Below the pieces are notes generated by a model that was not told the DNA's origin, did not search any database, and saw only the letters and a program-made list of their open reading frames with translations. Positions 60,858 through 64,000 of a stretch of DNA of 64,000 nucleotides are shown piece by piece. A program made the position numbers and the translations under genes. The DNA comes from Eubacteriales bacterium (GTDB lineage: Bacteria > Bacillota > Clostridia > Oscillospirales > CAG-272): NCBI GenBank assembly GCA_045646945.1, contig JAZRLS010000022.1, positions 1,181 through 65,180 of the forward strand, given 5' to 3'. Position 1 is the first letter of the stretch; the number at the start of each line of letters is the position of its first letter.

Positions 60858-61654
60858 TTTTTCTCAACCTGACACAGCTCGTCTAAGCTTCCAAAACGAA
60901 ATCCTTGCGACTTTAACTCCGTGATGAAATCTTTGAGGATCAAAGCATTGGTTTTGGAGGTCGGGTGTAGAAGAATCACGGCACCGTTGTGCATATATTT
61001 CAACAAAAGCTCCTTGGACTTTTCGGGATCGGGTTGGCGATTGTTGTCCCAATCTGCATAAGCCAGACTCCAAAAAACCGTTCGATATCCGAGCGCAGAA
61101 GCAAATTGAAGCGAACGCTGATCAAAGGTTCCTTCGGGGGGACGGTAATATTTTGCCATCTCCTTCCCTGTAATATTTTGATACATTGTTTCAAGTTCCC
61201 TCAGCTCTTTCGTAAATGCTTCCTTGTCATCGACCGAGGTCATATCCTTGTGTCGTACCGTATGATTGCAAACGAGATGCCCTTCCCTTTCCATACGACA
61301 AATCAACTCGGGATTCTTCGAGATCAAATGTCCCAAAACAAAAAAGGCTCCCGTTACGTTTTCCTCTTTCATAATGTCTAAAATGCGTTCGACATTACCG
61401 TTTTCATATCCGGCATCAAACGTGAGATATACAACCTTTTCGTCACAGTTGTTTCCGTGGTTGTGATCAATATAATATCCGCCAAAATTTTCTATCCATC
61501 GTATATTAGTGTCTGCGATCGGTTGTTGGTGCTCGGAATTTCTGACACAATACCAGTGATATACGGTATCTTCCGAGGCAGACGCGATAAATTCAAAACA
61601 CCATAAACAGCAAAAGAGACAAAGAAAAACAGAAATAATTTTTTGTTTCATCAT
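60854..61654 (-). CDS. pdaA: Spore cortex muramic delta-lactam deacetylase PdaA
   Basis: YLTFDAGYENG, NHTVRH, YRPPEG, FWSLAYADW, GAVILLH are PdaA-type motifs. Confidence 0.85.
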   Translation of the reverse strand: MMKQKIISVFLCLFCCLWCFEFIASASEDTVYHWYCVRNSEHQQPIADTNIRWIENFGGYYIDHNHGNNCDEKVVYLTFDAGYENGNVERILDIMKEENVTGAFFVLGHLISKNPELICRMEREGHLVCNHTVRHKDMTSVDDKEAFTKELRELETMYQNITGKEMAKYYRPPEGTFDQRSLQFASALGYRTVFWSLAYADWDNNRQPDPEKSKELLLKYMHNGAVILLHPTSKTNALILKDFITELKSQGFRFGSLDELCQVEKK

Positions 61655-61691
61655 ATCACCCCTTTGATAGTTTGAGCGAAAAACAAAAACA

Positions 61692-61729
61692 AAAAACACT
61701 CAACCGTAAAAAAACGATTGGGTGTTTTT
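61692..61729 (-). terminator. Terminator of his operon
   Basis: AAAAACACTCAACCGT...ACGATTGGGTGTTTTT. Confidence 0.7.
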
Positions 61730-61745
61730 GTGTTCAAATGATAAT

Positions 61746-62570
61746 TTATACAATCAATTCTGCTCTGAATTGACCGTTTCTATAATACCAAATTTCATGA
61801 ATTCCGCATGCGGCGGCATATTCGAGCGCATCGTCAAAGCCAAACAAAATTTTTTGTGCCATATGCGCATCTGCATTAAAAATCATTCTTCCTTTTTTTT
61901 CTGCAATTCGTTTGCAAAGAAACGGAGGAGGATACGGAATCGTTCTACGACCGCGTGCCATGGCACCCGTATTTATCTCGATGATGGGATCATCTTCAAG
62001 AACTGCATCTAATGCTTCCAGTGCCAAGGATTGATAGGCAGGAGAATTCTCATCGACAAATCCGCGCTCTTGGTTAAACTTTGTCAAAAGATCGAAATGC
62101 CCTACAATATCACAGTTCGTTTCCTTGACAACGTTAGCCATCAATGCAAAATAATCCTTTGCCAATCGCAAGCCGTCGCCACCGTAATACTCATCAAGAT
62201 CTTTACAAAAATCGTCAGGGTTGATGTCCACCGCAATTTCTTTGCCATCACACATAACGTAATGTACCGATCCTATGATATAATCGTAAGGGGCGGTAAT
62301 TTTGGTGGAAAAATAATCCTGCTCAATGCCTAGCGCGATTTCTATCGAAGACGCATACTTTTCTTTCAAAGCAAGAATTTCCGAACGGTAGCCTTTGAGT
62401 CGTTCTCCGACCATACACCATGTGTCGCATCCCTCAAACGGAAGCTCTGCGTGCCCGGAAAATCCAAGACTTACCATATTGAGCTCGATTGCCGCCTGCA
62501 CCATTTCCTCGGGTGTGTTTTTTCCGTCGCAAAAGGTCGTATGCGTATGAAGATTAGAACGTGGAATCAT
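61746..62570 (-). CDS. hisK: Histidinol-phosphatase, PHP family (HisJ/HisK)
   Basis: [32 protein letters not shown]; in his operon. Confidence 0.88.
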   Translation of the reverse strand: MIPRSNLHTHTTFCDGKNTPEEMVQAAIELNMVSLGFSGHAELPFEGCDTWCMVGERLKGYRSEILALKEKYASSIEIALGIEQDYFSTKITAPYDYIIGSVHYVMCDGKEIAVDINPDDFCKDLDEYYGGDGLRLAKDYFALMANVVKETNCDIVGHFDLLTKFNQERGFVDENSPAYQSLALEALDAVLEDDPIIEINTGAMARGRRTIPYPPPFLCKRIAEKKGRMIFNADAHMAQKILFGFDDALEYAAACGIHEIWYYRNGQFRAELIV

Positions 62571-63217
62571 GACGTCATTTTCTCCTGCTTCACCTTGTGG
62601 TCAATGACGTGGCGCGAAGCAAGCTCGTTTTTAATATCATCGATCGAAATTCCCATTTCGATCATCAGTACCATTACGTGGTATACAAGATCGGAAATTT
62701 CATAAATCGTTTCTGCCTTATCATTTGCCTTTCCGGCAATAATGACCTCGGTACACTCTTCTCCGACCTTCTTGAGAATTTTGTCAATTCCCTTCTCAAA
62801 AAGATAGGTGGTGTACGAGCCTTCTTTCTTTTCGATTTTTCTTCCCTCAATCACCCTCATCAAAGCATCCAAGGAAAATGCTTCGCGTTCATCGCTTTCA
62901 TAAACGAGCTCGTTGAAGCAAGAGTCGGTACCAAGATGACAAGCAGGACCGTCCTTATATACGGTTACGGTCAGTGCATCGCGATCGCAATCAGTTACGA
63001 TGCTTACGATATGCTGGCGATTGCCCGACGTTTCTCCCTTCCTCCAAAGACACTTGCGAGAACGTGACCAAAAGCAGGTCGTACCTTCATTCATACTGAT
63101 TTCAAGGCTTTCACGGTTCATATATGCTACCGTCAATACCTTTTTTGATACCGCATCTACCACAACGGCAGGAATCAGTCCATTTTCATCAAATTTCAAT
63201 TCATTGATATTCAACAT
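62567..63217 (-). CDS. hisIE: Bifunctional phosphoribosyl-AMP cyclohydrolase / phosphoribosyl-ATP diphosphatase
   Basis: WSRSR, KGETSG, DCDRD, ACH, SCF, SYT, KKVGEE. Confidence 0.96.
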   Translation of the reverse strand: MLNINELKFDENGLIPAVVVDAVSKKVLTVAYMNRESLEISMNEGTTCFWSRSRKCLWRKGETSGNRQHIVSIVTDCDRDALTVTVYKDGPACHLGTDSCFNELVYESDEREAFSLDALMRVIEGRKIEKKEGSYTTYLFEKGIDKILKKVGEECTEVIIAGKANDKAETIYEISDLVYHVMVLMIEMGISIDDIKNELASRHVIDHKVKQEKMTS

Positions 63218-63238
63218 AATTTTCTCCTATCTGGGATA

Positions 63239-63997
63239 TTACAATCTGACGTTAATATTTTCTTGTGCGAGCTTCTGCTTGAGGTTTTTGATATCAACCT
63301 CACCAAAATGGAAGATCGATGCGGCAAGACCTGCATCTACCTTGGGTAACGTGTGGAAGAGCTTCACAAAATCTTCGATACAACCGGCACCACCCGAGGC
63401 AATGACGGGCACGTTGACTGCCTGACATACCGCATCCAGCATTTCAAGATCAAATCCCTGCTTGACACCATCTGTGTCAATACTGTTTACCACGATCTCT
63501 CCTGCACCGTTGGCAACACCGCGTTTGATCCATTCAATCGCTTCAATTCCGGTATCCTCGCGTCCGCCCTTGGCAAAGACGTGAAAAGTACCGTCAACAC
63601 GCTTCATATCTACGGAAAGCACTACACATTGATCTCCGTATTTTTTTGCGGCGTGATAAATCAAATCGGGATTGGCAATTGCTCCCGAATTGACACTAAC
63701 CTTGTCCGCACCGCATTTGAGTACGCGGTCAAAATCATCTAAGGAGCGTATTCCACCGCCCACAGTAAGCGGAATAAATACGCGCTCTGCCGTTTGACGA
63801 AGAATATCGGTAAAGAGTGCTCGGTCCTCGCAAGATGCCGTAATATCGTAAAATACGAGCTCATCCGCACCGCATTCACTATAAAACTCCGCTAAAGAAA
63901 CAGGGGAAGATACGTCCCTGAGCCCTTCAAAATTGACACCCTTGACCACTCGTCCGTCTCGAACGTCAAGACAAGGAATAATTCTTTTGGTAATCAT
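63239..63997 (-). CDS. hisF: Imidazole glycerol phosphate synthase cyclase subunit
   Basis: KRIIPCLDV, VVKGVNF, GADELVF, PLTVGGGI, IASGGAG, AASIFH. Confidence 0.97.
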   Translation of the reverse strand: MITKRIIPCLDVRDGRVVKGVNFEGLRDVSSPVSLAEFYSECGADELVFYDITASCEDRALFTDILRQTAERVFIPLTVGGGIRSLDDFDRVLKCGADKVSVNSGAIANPDLIYHAAKKYGDQCVVLSVDMKRVDGTFHVFAKGGREDTGIEAIEWIKRGVANGAGEIVVNSIDTDGVKQGFDLEMLDAVCQAVNVPVIASGGAGCIEDFVKLFHTLPKVDAGLAASIFHFGEVDIKNLKQKLAQENINVRL

Positions 63998-64000
63998 TCT

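Overview
Core-chromosome segment of a spore-forming Clostridia-type Firmicute (spoIVA, spoIIID, pdaA, large SRP RNA in front of dnaX-ybaB-recR, sigma-A TTGACA/TATAAT promoters). It is densely packed with housekeeping genes (dusB, pgm, dxs, uvrBA, uvrC, rimM-trmD, rsmD-coaD, mnmA, trmL, secA, gpmI, tig-clpP-clpX, thrC, rnhB, rbgA, lepB, proC, his genes), three ABC transporter operons and one tRNA-Val. I see no mobile element, prophage or CRISPR array. The most unusual signals are: (i) a stand-alone 51-codon gene that is 82% Asn+Gln, with a consensus sigma-G promoter, a pseudoknot-capable 5' UTR and its own terminator (candidate clostridial spore nitrogen-storage or prion-like peptide); (ii) a naturally circularly permuted amino-acid-binding lipoprotein behind a HisR-like operator; (iii) several apparently catalytically dead or fused proteins (pseudo-receiver regulator coupled to dusB, PHP pseudo-phosphatase, degenerate flavodoxin, permease with an extra extracellular domain). 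All product calls come from motif recognition by eye, with no database search.
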